Source: Parcubacteria group bacterium GW2011_GWA2_42_14 (GTDB lineage: Bacteria > Patescibacteriota > Minisyncoccia > Sungbacterales > GWA2-42-14). Taken from it: a stretch of 64,000 nucleotides of DNA. The stretch spans positions 6,392-70,391 of the forward strand of contig LCCV01000003.1 of the NCBI GenBank assembly GCA_000998135.1, given 5' to 3'. Positions 1 through 7,796 of the stretch are shown here, piece by piece. Both the position numbers and the translations under genes were made by a program. Under the pieces are notes generated by a model. It saw only the letters and a program-made list of their open reading frames with translations. It had not been told where the DNA came from and ran no database searches. The first letter of the stretch is position 1, and every line of letters starts with the position of its first letter.

Positions 1-1
1 G

Positions 2-259
2 ATCATTGAAGCAAGCGACCCAGAAAAAGCCGAGCAAGGAATCGCCAAGTTGGTTCTCACCTTGATAGAGTTGATCCGGCAACTTTTGGAAAGAGAGGCG
101 GTGAGAAGGGTCGATACCGGTACGCTTTCCGAGACGGAAATTCAGAAATTGGGACTAACCTTCAAGGCGTTGGAGAAAAAGATTCAAGAAATGAAAGCGG
201 TTTTCGGCATTAAAGAGGAACTGAATTTGGAGTTGGGGCCGCTGGGCAATCTCCTCTGA
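2..259 (+). CDS. gvpK: Gas vesicle protein GvpK, 5' truncated by the window edge
   Basis: Frame open from nt 2: DPEKAEQGIAKLVLTLIELIRQLLEREAVRRVD...LNLELGPLGNLL matches the GvpK pattern. Confidence 0.9.
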   Translation: MIEASDPEKAEQGIAKLVLTLIELIRQLLEREAVRRVDTGTLSETEIQKLGLTFKALEKKIQEMKAVFGIKEELNLELGPLGNLL

Positions 260-293
260 ATATTTGGGCGTTTATTAAAAATTTATTTTATCT

Positions 294-566
294 ATGACAA
301 ACGAACAAAAGAAAAAATTATCAGACCAAGAGATGACGAAGAAATCTCAGCAAGCGACCTTGCGTATGGCACAGGAATGGCAAAAGTCGGAAGACACAAT
401 CCACCACGCGCTCAAGTCGTATGAGGATGTGATTCAGGTTGACCCTGAAAGCGATGAGGCTGGTGAGGCGCGTGAGGCGCTCGTGAAAATTGCCGAGGAT
501 TGGGATAAAAAAGGTCGAAAATATGCCGCCGCGAAACTGTATAAGAAATTAATGGTCGGCAGATAA
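294..566 (+). CDS. Hypothetical helical, TPR-like protein in the gas vesicle cluster
   Basis: 90-aa ORF in operon context; ALKSYEDVIQVDPES resembles a TPR helix pair. Confidence 0.6.
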   Translation: MTNEQKKKLSDQEMTKKSQQATLRMAQEWQKSEDTIHHALKSYEDVIQVDPESDEAGEAREALVKIAEDWDKKGRKYAAAKLYKKLMVGR

Positions 567-583
567 GCACTTGATAAAAATTT

Positions 584-898
584 ATGGATAGACAAAAAGT
601 AGGAACAATGTCTCAGACAACCAACCTCGCCGACATTTTAGAGCGGGTTTTGGATAAGGGCATTGTCATTGCCGGCGACATCCGGGTGCAATTGGCGGAC
701 GTCGAGCTTTTGAATATCAAGATTCGACTTCTCATTGCCTCGGTAGAGAAAGCCAAAGAAATCGGAATCAGTTGGTGGGAGCATGACTCATATCTTTCGC
801 CAAAAGCAAAAGAGTTTGAATTGTCCAAAGAAAATACCAAACTGGTTAAGCGTATAGAATCTTTAGAGGACAAACTGAAGGTCAAGCGCGGGAAGTAA
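584..898 (+). CDS. gvpJ: Gas vesicle protein, GvpA/GvpJ family (GvpJ-like)
   Basis: LADILERVLDKGIVIAGDIRVQLADVELL...RLLIASVEKAKEIGISWW signature. Confidence 0.85.
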   Translation: MDRQKVGTMSQTTNLADILERVLDKGIVIAGDIRVQLADVELLNIKIRLLIASVEKAKEIGISWWEHDSYLSPKAKEFELSKENTKLVKRIESLEDKLKVKRGK

Positions 899-906
899 AC
901 TTATTT

Positions 907-1428
907 ATGCCAAGCACGATTGAACAAGTCAAAGAGGTAATTTTGAAGCGCGGAGGCAGGGCGTCTAAACATCAGATCGCGCGAGAGCTCAAAATAAGTT
1001 CGGATTACGCGGGCCTTGTTTTAGGCGAGTTGAAAAGAAAAGAAGAAGTTGCTTTTTCCGGCGGATTATATGTCTTGACTCCCGGCAAAAGGGGTGTTAA
1101 TCCAGAGAAAACAGAGGAAATCGTTACTGCGCCAGCCGAAAAACGACCTGCCCGTCGATCAAGGAGACCCAAGCGAACAAAGAAGGCCCCGAAGGAAAGC
1201 AAGCTTCCAACGGGGCAGGCAAAAATCCAGAAAGTTGAGAAAAACCAGCCTCAACCCCTTGTCGCCGCGTTAGGGATCAGCAAGTCATTGACAAGGACTC
1301 TGGAGAAAGCGGGATACGCCACGATAGAATCTATTGCGGAAGCCCCTATTAATAAATTGATGGCAGACGCAAAACTCAAACTTAGCGCCGCCGCTCGATT
1401 GATCAACCAAGCAAGAAAAACAAAGTGA
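907..1428 (+). CDS. Hypothetical protein with N-terminal winged-helix-like, basic linker and C-terminal HhH-like segments
   Basis: KHQIARELKIS HTH-like; LGISKSLTRTLEKAGYATIESIAEA HhH-like. Confidence 0.6.
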   Translation: MPSTIEQVKEVILKRGGRASKHQIARELKISSDYAGLVLGELKRKEEVAFSGGLYVLTPGKRGVNPEKTEEIVTAPAEKRPARRSRRPKRTKKAPKESKLPTGQAKIQKVEKNQPQPLVAALGISKSLTRTLEKAGYATIESIAEAPINKLMADAKLKLSAAARLINQARKTK

Positions 1429-1453
1429 TTTATGGCTACAGCGAGCATCGATA
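1416..1453 (+). repeat. Direct repeat copy 1 (38 bp, 21-bp exact core AAAAACAAAGTGATTTATGGC)
   Basis: Second copy at 2576-2613, exactly 1160 bp downstream. Confidence 0.85.
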
Positions 1454-1469
1454 TTAACAGAAGGTCCCC

Positions 1470-2588
1470 ATGACTGAAGAAAGAAAATACATATATTCAA
1501 TAATTAATAACCCGAAAGAGATGCGGGTCTCAGACGCCTCTCGTCTACCGGGAGATCTATTTGGCATTAACAATCGCGATATAACTTTTATCTCCTATAG
1601 AGATATATCAGCTGCGGTTAGCAATATCCATCTTATTAATTTTGACAAGTTTGATAAAAAAGAACTCCATCAATTAATTGCGGCGCATGATCAGGTAAAT
1701 GTTAGTCTTATGAAGAAACACGATATTATTCCAATGAGATTTGGAATGATCGCAGAAAGCGCGGAAGAAATTCGCAATATTTTAGCCAAAGCATATATAC
1801 AATTTAAAACCGCTCTCGAAAGAATTGCCGGGAAAGCCGAATTCATCGTTCAAGTATTTTGGAACGAAAAGAATATACTTGAAAAGATAGTTCAGGAAAA
1901 TATTGAAATCCAAAAGTTAAAAAAGGATGTAGAGTCAAAGGGCAAGATTTTAGGGTTTTCATCCAAAATAAAATTAGGTAAGCGCATATTTGAGGGATTA
2001 GAGTCATGCCGCAAAGAATATACGGAAGGCATTTTAAGTAACCTCGCAACCAGCTTTCCAAATTTTAGCGCCGGCAAACTTCTCGATGCAAACAAAGAAA
2101 GCGCTGCTAACGAGACAAAAAAAGAAATGATTATGAACTATTCGTTTTTGATAGGCGCGACAGAAGAATCAGCTCTATCATTTAGATTGAATCAATTAGC
2201 TGAAAAATATAAAGATGAGATTAAGTTTAAATATATCGGGCCTATGGCGCCTTACAGCTTCGCTATTATTAATCTCAGTTTGGGAAACTTTGATTTAGTT
2301 GATAATGCCAGAAGGACTTTTGGGCTCGGAGAATCGGCGGCATTTTCAGAAATAAAAAAGATTTACTATAAGTTGGCTGGACAGCATCACCCAGACAAAC
2401 AAGCTTTTACAAAAGATCGGGTTATATTAGAGGGAGCAGAAAAGAAGATGAAAGACATAATAACAGCCAATGAGGTTTTAACTATTTATTGCAAGCATTA
2501 TCTTTCGGCTCTCGCGCCTGAGAAAGAGCAGCTTTGCTCTTTTAGAAAAGAAGATGTAGAAGATTCAATTATTGTAAAAACAAAGTGA
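1470..2588 (+). CDS. GvpL/GvpF family protein fused to a C-terminal DnaJ (J) domain
   Basis: YIYSII...AHDQVN...IIPMRFG...IGPMAPYSF (GvpL/F), then FGLGESAAFSEIKKIYYKLAGQHHPDK...ITANEVL (J domain, HPD motif). Confidence 0.85.
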   Translation: MTEERKYIYSIINNPKEMRVSDASRLPGDLFGINNRDITFISYRDISAAVSNIHLINFDKFDKKELHQLIAAHDQVNVSLMKKHDIIPMRFGMIAESAEEIRNILAKAYIQFKTALERIAGKAEFIVQVFWNEKNILEKIVQENIEIQKLKKDVESKGKILGFSSKIKLGKRIFEGLESCRKEYTEGILSNLATSFPNFSAGKLLDANKESAANETKKEMIMNYSFLIGATEESALSFRLNQLAEKYKDEIKFKYIGPMAPYSFAIINLSLGNFDLVDNARRTFGLGESAAFSEIKKIYYKLAGQHHPDKQAFTKDRVILEGAEKKMKDIITANEVLTIYCKHYLSALAPEKEQLCSFRKEDVEDSIIVKTK

Positions 2589-2613
2589 TTTATGGCAATG
2601 GCAAGCATAGATA
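2576..2613 (+). repeat. Direct repeat copy 2
   Basis: Matches 1416-1453 with 5 mismatches. Confidence 0.85.
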
Positions 2614-2750
2614 CAAGCGAGTTGGAATATTTTAAATCATGCAGAGATAAACTGCGGGATATTGGCGATATTTTGAAAGACAAGAACGATGAAAAAGAAT
2701 TATCGATTGAGGAAAAACTAAGAGAAATAAAAAAGATTCTTAAAGGATGA
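2592..2750 (+). CDS. Small hypothetical protein (52 aa, MAMASIDTSELEYF...)
   Basis: ATG 3 nt after the previous stop, open to TGA; below the ORF-track cutoff. Confidence 0.6.
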   Translation: MAMASIDTSELEYFKSCRDKLRDIGDILKDKNDEKELSIEEKLREIKKILKG

Positions 2751-2760
2751 TTATACTTCG

Positions 2761-2826
2761 TATAATCTTCGTTCGCTCGGAAATCATAAAATAAAATTTT
2801 TGATTTCGTTCGCTCACTTGATTATA
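2761..2826. repeat. REP-like imperfect palindrome
   Basis: TATAATC...GATTATA ends, GAAATCA/TGATTTC stem, two TTCGTTCGCTC copies. Confidence 0.5.
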
Positions 2827-2850
2827 AGCATGGAGGGATTATGAATTTAT

Positions 2851-4350
2851 ATGGCGACCCCTAAAAATATTATGCCGCAGGGCGGCAATCTACCTGAGTC
2901 CACATTTGGGGCCCGCATTAAAGTTGTCGGCGTAGGCGGTTCCGGCTCAAATGCGGTTGATCACATGATAAACTCTGGCGTGCGCGGGGTTGATTTTATT
3001 GTGGTTAATTGCGATACCCAGGATCTTCATCATAATAAGGCGGAGAAAAAAATACATATTGGCAAAAACTTGACCCGCGGACTTGGAGCCGGGATGAACC
3101 CCGAGGTCGGTAGGCGCGCGGCTGAGGAAACCAAAAACGAGCTTCAGGACGCGCTGAAGGGCGCGGATATGGTATTTATTACCTGCGGATTGGGCGGAGG
3201 AACCGGTACTGGCGCGTCCCCGATTATTGCCGAAATAGCGAGAACCCAAGGGGCTCTTACCCTCGCGGTGGTGACAAAACCTTTTTCTTTTGAGGGGGCT
3301 GAGCGATCAAGAATTGCCGAGGATGGTTTGAGAGAACTTATAGGGGTAGTTGACACCGTTATCGTCATTCCTAACGACCGACTTTTGGAAATCAGCGATA
3401 AAAAAACCACCCTTCAAAATGCTTTCGCGCTCTGCGATGATGTCTTGAAAAACGCGGTTCAGGGCATCTCCGAACTCATCGTAATGCCAGGCATTGTTAA
3501 TCTCGACTTTGCCGATGTAAAGACAATTATGGGAGACGCGGGCCCAGCCATCATGGGAATAGGATCGGCCCAGGGAGACGAACGCGCGGTTGAGGCGGCT
3601 CGAAAAGCAATCAGTTCTCCTTTGCTTGATATTTCCATTAACGGCGCAAGAGGGATTCTTTTTGCGGTCGCCGGCGGAGAAGATTTGACGCTTCATGAAA
3701 TCAACGAAGCCGCAAAGGTTATTACAGAATCAGCCGACCCGCAGGCCAAAATCATATTTGGAGCTTTTCGAGATGATGCTATTAATAAAGGTTCGATAAA
3801 GATTACCGTCATTGCGGCCGGCTTCGCCAATCCGGGCCCAAACATTATTGCCTCGCCGCGGCCAAGAATTTTTGAGAACCAGGAGACAGCGGAAGAAAAA
3901 GGAGATGATGACGATATGGATAAGCCCGCTTTTTTGCGTAGAGGAAAATCGCCGCCTTCATCTCCGCAGGAAGGAGCTCGCCACGAAGGACACAAAAGAA
4001 AAAACGAGAATCCTCACAGAATTTCTCTTAATGCTTCTGTGGCGGGAGATATCATAAGGAAACTCCCATCAAATAATTTTATAGAAAATTATGGAATCAA
4101 AGACGAGGCATCCCGCGGCATAGATCTGCGGGATTTTAATGATAATAAAGACCGCGCCTCAACTCCCGCAAACCGATATGAAAATTTTCGTATTAACGCG
4201 AAAAAGACGCTCATCGCAACTTTAGCTATTTTTAAAAAGGCAGGGGAAATTTTTCTTATGCTTATTTTTGGGATAATAACCATCGTAGCTCTTGGGTTTT
4301 ACAGAATTTACAGTTTAATTAAGAAGCGGTTTCAACGAACGATTTATTAA
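2851..4350 (+). CDS. ftsZ: Cell division protein FtsZ with ~130-aa C-terminal extension ending in a hydrophobic helix
   Basis: IKVVGVGGSG, GLGGGTGTG, NLDFAD motifs; DKPAFLRR C-terminal peptide lies internally. Confidence 0.95.
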   Translation: MATPKNIMPQGGNLPESTFGARIKVVGVGGSGSNAVDHMINSGVRGVDFIVVNCDTQDLHHNKAEKKIHIGKNLTRGLGAGMNPEVGRRAAEETKNELQDALKGADMVFITCGLGGGTGTGASPIIAEIARTQGALTLAVVTKPFSFEGAERSRIAEDGLRELIGVVDTVIVIPNDRLLEISDKKTTLQNAFALCDDVLKNAVQGISELIVMPGIVNLDFADVKTIMGDAGPAIMGIGSAQGDERAVEAARKAISSPLLDISINGARGILFAVAGGEDLTLHEINEAAKVITESADPQAKIIFGAFRDDAINKGSIKITVIAAGFANPGPNIIASPRPRIFENQETAEEKGDDDDMDKPAFLRRGKSPPSSPQEGARHEGHKRKNENPHRISLNASVAGDIIRKLPSNNFIENYGIKDEASRGIDLRDFNDNKDRASTPANRYENFRINAKKTLIATLAIFKKAGEIFLMLIFGIITIVALGFYRIYSLIKKRFQRTIY

Positions 4351-4536
4351 AAAGAAAGCAAAAAAGAAATCCAAAAAAATGATGCTTTGCGACTGCGGCT
4401 CCGACAAACCGGCAATGGAATGTTGTAAGGCAGAAAAGTAATGGCGATCGCGGCATTATTATTTTTGATACACACTAACGAATTATTCGAGGAGAGCCGC
4501 CTTTCGTTAAAAGATTTTTAGCATTACAATAATGAT

Positions 4537-4630
4537 TGCCATGTCCCATCTTCGGGTGGCATGGCACAACCCTGCTTTTACGAGCAGGGACGCGCCATCC
4601 GGGATGTTCCAACCCCGGGTGGCTTTGTTT
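4537..4630 (+). ncRNA. Candidate small structured RNA or terminator cluster (three hairpins)
   Basis: C(UUCG)G-capped stem, CCCTGCT/AGCAGGG stem, GC stem followed by TTTGTTT. Confidence 0.3.
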
Positions 4631-4691
4631 AAAGAGAAAAGTCATCTAAAAAGAAAATAAAAAAGAAATTAAATAATTCTAAAGGCCATTA

Positions 4692-4930
4692 TTGACCAGT
4701 GAGACGACTTGTTGTAATATAGAGAGACCCTGAAGTTATCCACTTCTGCCAGCTTGACTGGATTTTGTGGAAAACATAAGGGTTGTGCTGAAGGCAAGAT
4801 CGAAGCCTTCCGCACCTACAAAACGAAAGATATCGTCCGTCCCCCAAATGGGGAACGAATTCCGCGAAAGCGGATGGAGTTGGAACACGGACTTCGAATC
4901 CGTACCCCGTTTAAAAAAGGCGGGGTAAAG
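4692..4930 (+). ncRNA. Candidate ~200-nt structured ncRNA with its own promoter
   Basis: TTGACC-17-TAATAT (4692-4720) followed by consecutive hairpins, including CCGC-GAAA-GCGG. Confidence 0.35.
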
Positions 4931-4966
4931 TATCTATAATGGAAGATTTTTTATGTTATTATAAAG

Positions 4967-5077
4967 TTATCCGTAATAAATAAGCGGAAGAAGGGTAAAG
5001 GCAATCATGCCTAAAACCGCAAAAACAGTTATAACTATCCAGATGGCGTTAATAAGTTTTTTCTGTTTTTTGAACAT
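4967..5077 (-). CDS. Small single-pass membrane peptide (36 aa, MFKKQKKLINAIWIVITVFAVLGMIAFTLLPLIYYG)
   Basis: Basic N-terminus plus TM helix; promoter directly upstream. Confidence 0.65.
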   Translation of the reverse strand: MFKKQKKLINAIWIVITVFAVLGMIAFTLLPLIYYG

Positions 5078-5083
5078 ATCTAA

Positions 5084-5112
5084 AGTATAGTTAAAATAAG
5101 AGCTGAAGTCAA
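5084..5112 (-). promoter_or_regulatory. Sigma70 promoter TTGACT-17-TATACT, likely leaderless
   Basis: -10 box ends 6 nt before the ATG at 5077. Confidence 0.6.
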
Positions 5113-5125
5113 TTTGGTTAGATGG

Positions 5126-5274
5126 CCCCAGCCCCAATTTTGCAGTTTATGCGTTTGGCGGCGCGCTTCGCGCTATGAGGGATTGGCTATTCGCCACCGT
5201 GCGCCGCAAATTATCAAAAATACTCCTCAAAAGAAAAAGTTTTAGAGGTGGCTTTGGGCAAAATTGGGGCGGGG
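5126..5274. mobile_element. MITE-like element with CCCC(A)GCCCCAATTTTGC terminal inverted repeats
   Basis: 17-bp inverted termini with one bulge; similar termini at 54196-54308. Confidence 0.55.
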
Positions 5275-5327
5275 TTCTCATGATTTCAGCTAAAAATTAT
5301 TCGCTCCACTCTAATTTTTAGGAAATC

Positions 5328-5705
5328 ATGGAAGAACAATCTTTTTTTCAAAAATTTCTTAGGTCCCCATTCACGCTTATCGGCGGCTTGATTTTGTTTT
5401 TAATGATTTTGCATAACATTTGGGGAATAACGGAGCGGCTTCTTTCTTTTTATTACGAAAAAAGGGGATTGGAAACAAAAATCGCCGAATTGCAAAAAAG
5501 GAACGAAGATATAAAAAAAGAAATTAATTATACGGAAACCGAAGGTTTTTTAGAAAGGGAGGGGAAAGCGCGTCTTAATTTAAAAAAACCCGGCGAAGAA
5601 GTGGCGGTAATAGTGGAAGAGGAAGAAGTGATGCGGGTCGAAGGAGTGGAACAGGATTTTTGGAATAAGATGTTTAGTTCAGTTCTTTCGCTTTTGAAGT
5701 TCTGA
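5328..5705 (+). CDS. ftsB: Septum formation initiator, FtsB/DivIC family
   Basis: TM helix, coiled coil, FLEREGKARLNLKKPGE motif. Confidence 0.85.
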   Translation: MEEQSFFQKFLRSPFTLIGGLILFLMILHNIWGITERLLSFYYEKRGLETKIAELQKRNEDIKKEINYTETEGFLEREGKARLNLKKPGEEVAVIVEEEEVMRVEGVEQDFWNKMFSSVLSLLKF

Positions 5706-5844
5706 GATTTCCTAAATATTATTTGGTAAAATATCTTTTTGAGTAGTGCTTCATTTTGACGTGTAAAGAAAATGAGGGTAAGTTGAATTTAATTTAGTAG
5801 TATGATACACTTCGAACAGTTCGTTCTTTTACTGGGGAAAAATA

Positions 5845-6087
5845 ATGTCGAGTGAGCCATCTGGCGTTGTGGTTATGTTTAAAGAAGGGGTTACCGAAGA
5901 GCAAGTGAAACAATTTGTTGTATCCTACGGCTTTGCGGGACACTGCCTTAATCCGTATGGAGAATGGAAAGGAAAGAATTTGTTGTTTTTTATAAAAGTT
6001 CCCGATAAGGAAGAAGTGAAGTGGGTTATTGAGTTTAAACAAAGACAGGATGTGGTAAAAGACGCGATTCTAAACACCCCGGTATAA
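5845..6087 (+). CDS. Hypothetical protein
   Basis: 80-aa ORF followed by hairpin ACCCCGGT/ACCGGGGT. Confidence 0.6.
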   Translation: MSSEPSGVVVMFKEGVTEEQVKQFVVSYGFAGHCLNPYGEWKGKNLLFFIKVPDKEEVKWVIEFKQRQDVVKDAILNTPV

Positions 6088-6099
6088 ACCGGGGTAGTT

Positions 6100-7200
6100 T
6101 TATTGTATCAGGAACTCTTCTATTTTTTTATTAGCCATTGTTTCTCCGTTTTGTCCTGATGCGACCCAGTAAATATCTTTATTTCTTTTAAACCACGTCA
6201 TCTGTCTTTTGGCGTACTGATGGATGGCGTTTTTTAATTTTTCCTTCATTTCGGCTCGCGCAAGTTTTTTTTGTAAAAAAAGTGAAACAAAGCGATATTC
6301 AAGCCCTAAAGATTGGAGGCGTTTATGCGAAACGCCTTTTTTTAATAAATTTTTAACCTCCTGAAACATGCCTTGTTTTAAGTGTGATTTTAGGCGTTTA
6401 TCTATTTTTTTATGGAGTTCTTTTTGGGGCAGATTTATGCCTAAAATTAGCGAATTCCAAAGATTAGCCCTGTTTTCAATGCTAATCCTTGGAATTGGGG
6501 AAATCGGTCTCGAGGTGGCTTTTACTATTTCAATTGCCCGAATCAGCCGTCTGGGATTATGATGGTCAATTGTTTTTGCGCGTTTTGGGTCGAGTTTTTT
6601 GAGTATTTGAAATAGTTCCGCTATCGATTTTTTAGAAAGTATGGCGCGCAGTTTGGTATTTGGCGGCACATTAGGAATCGGCAGGTTATACAAAACCGTA
6701 TCAACATAAAAACCTGTTCCTCCGCAAAGTATGGGAACTTTTCCGCGCTCATAATTATCTTTTATTGCCGTCTCCGCGCATTTTTTAAAATCTGCAATCG
6801 TAAAAACTTTTTTCGGCGATACGAAATCAATGCAGTGGTGAGGAACGTTTTTGTATATAAATATTTTGGAAGCCCGGTCGTCCAAAAACTGAATTTCGTC
6901 ATTGCGAGCGACCGCGGGGAGCGAAGCAATTTCTTTATTTAAGCCAATTTTAGAGATTGCTTCCTCGTTTCGCTTTCGGCGGAACTCTTCGCAATGACAT
7001 TTTTGGACAGTCGGACTTTCCGATATTGTTTTCCAGTTTCCGGGTACTTTTCCCGTTCCAATATTCAACCCCTTATAAACCTGCCTTGAATCAGCCGAAA
7101 TTATCTCGCCCTTGAATCGGCGAGCGATTTTAACAGCCAATTCCGATTTTCCGGAAGCGGTCGGCCCGACAACGGCGATAATTTTAATCTTTCTTTGCAT
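6100..7200 (-). CDS. miaA: tRNA dimethylallyltransferase with in-frame palindromic insertion
   Basis: GPTASGKS, SADSRQVY, GGTGFY, YAKRQMTWF motifs. Confidence 0.97.
   Translation of the reverse strand: MQRKIKIIAVVGPTASGKSELAVKIARRFKGEIISADSRQVYKGLNIGTGKVPGNWKTISESPTVQKCHCEEFRRKRNEEAISKIGLNKEIASLPAVARNDEIQFLDDRASKIFIYKNVPHHCIDFVSPKKVFTIADFKKCAETAIKDNYERGKVPILCGGTGFYVDTVLYNLPIPNVPPNTKLRAILSKKSIAELFQILKKLDPKRAKTIDHHNPRRLIRAIEIVKATSRPISPIPRISIENRANLWNSLILGINLPQKELHKKIDKRLKSHLKQGMFQEVKNLLKKGVSHKRLQSLGLEYRFVSLFLQKKLARAEMKEKLKNAIHQYAKRQMTWFKRNKDIYWVASGQNGETMANKKIEEFLIQ
6869..7020. repeat. Nested palindromic element inside miaA
   Basis: Outer GTCCAAAAA/TTTTTGGAC arms enclose an inner GTCATTGCGA...TCGCAATGAC element (6898-6998). 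Confidence 0.8.
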
Positions 7201-7233
7201 ATAGTTTGGTATAATAAAAAAGCCCGAAGCGGG

Positions 7234-7701
7234 CTATTCCTGGATTAGCTTTTTTGTCCGGCCTTCCTTTTTTACGAAAACGCGGACCTCTTTTTCAAAA
7301 CCAAGTCCTTTTAGGATTAATAGTTTGCTTTTAACCGTATCCCAATGGTTTTTCATTTTTTCTATATTAACGTTAGGCGAACGAGAGGCGGTATCGCATT
7401 TAGTGAGTTCCGTTTTTATATCTTGAAAAATATAATCGAGGAGAGCTTGATTTTTTTGAATAAGCTCTTTACTCCATTGTATTTTCCTGAAAAACCAGTA
7501 TTTTTTGGCGTTTTGTAAACCGTAATTTTTGAAAGCGATTTCCTGCGATAGCGGGTCTTCTCTAAAATTCTGGAGGACGAATTGGAACAGAGCTTCGTTT
7601 TTCTGCGCTAATTCTTCGCAGATTTGCCTGAGATTTGAACCGCGGTTTTTAAATTGTCGTGCAATATGGTCAGTTGTCGGCGTTTCATTTCTCCAACCCA
7701 T
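7234..7701 (-). CDS. Hypothetical protein
   Basis: 155-aa ORF with AAGGAGG RBS and its own promoter. Confidence 0.7.
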   Translation of the reverse strand: MGWRNETPTTDHIARQFKNRGSNLRQICEELAQKNEALFQFVLQNFREDPLSQEIAFKNYGLQNAKKYWFFRKIQWSKELIQKNQALLDYIFQDIKTELTKCDTASRSPNVNIEKMKNHWDTVKSKLLILKGLGFEKEVRVFVKKEGRTKKLIQE

Positions 7702-7760
7702 CCCCGCCTCCTTAGTTAGGTTTTTTACCGCAAAAAAGCCAAATAAAAGAACTTCTATAT

Positions 7761-7788
7761 ATTATACTTAGGTAGAAGGTTTTGTCAA
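7761..7788 (-). promoter_or_regulatory. Sigma70 promoter TTGACA-16-TATAAT
   Basis: Consensus hexamers on the minus strand upstream of 7701. Confidence 0.7.
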
Positions 7789-7796
7789 GGGTTTTA

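Noticed and set aside
4700-4840. Group I intron core (GAGACGA could pair with AAGATATCGTCC as P7)
   Set aside because: No recognisable P4-P6 elements or host exons; needs an Infernal search
4880-4910. tRNA or tmRNA suggested by GGACTTCGAATCC
   Set aside because: No acceptor stem, D arm or CCA end could be built
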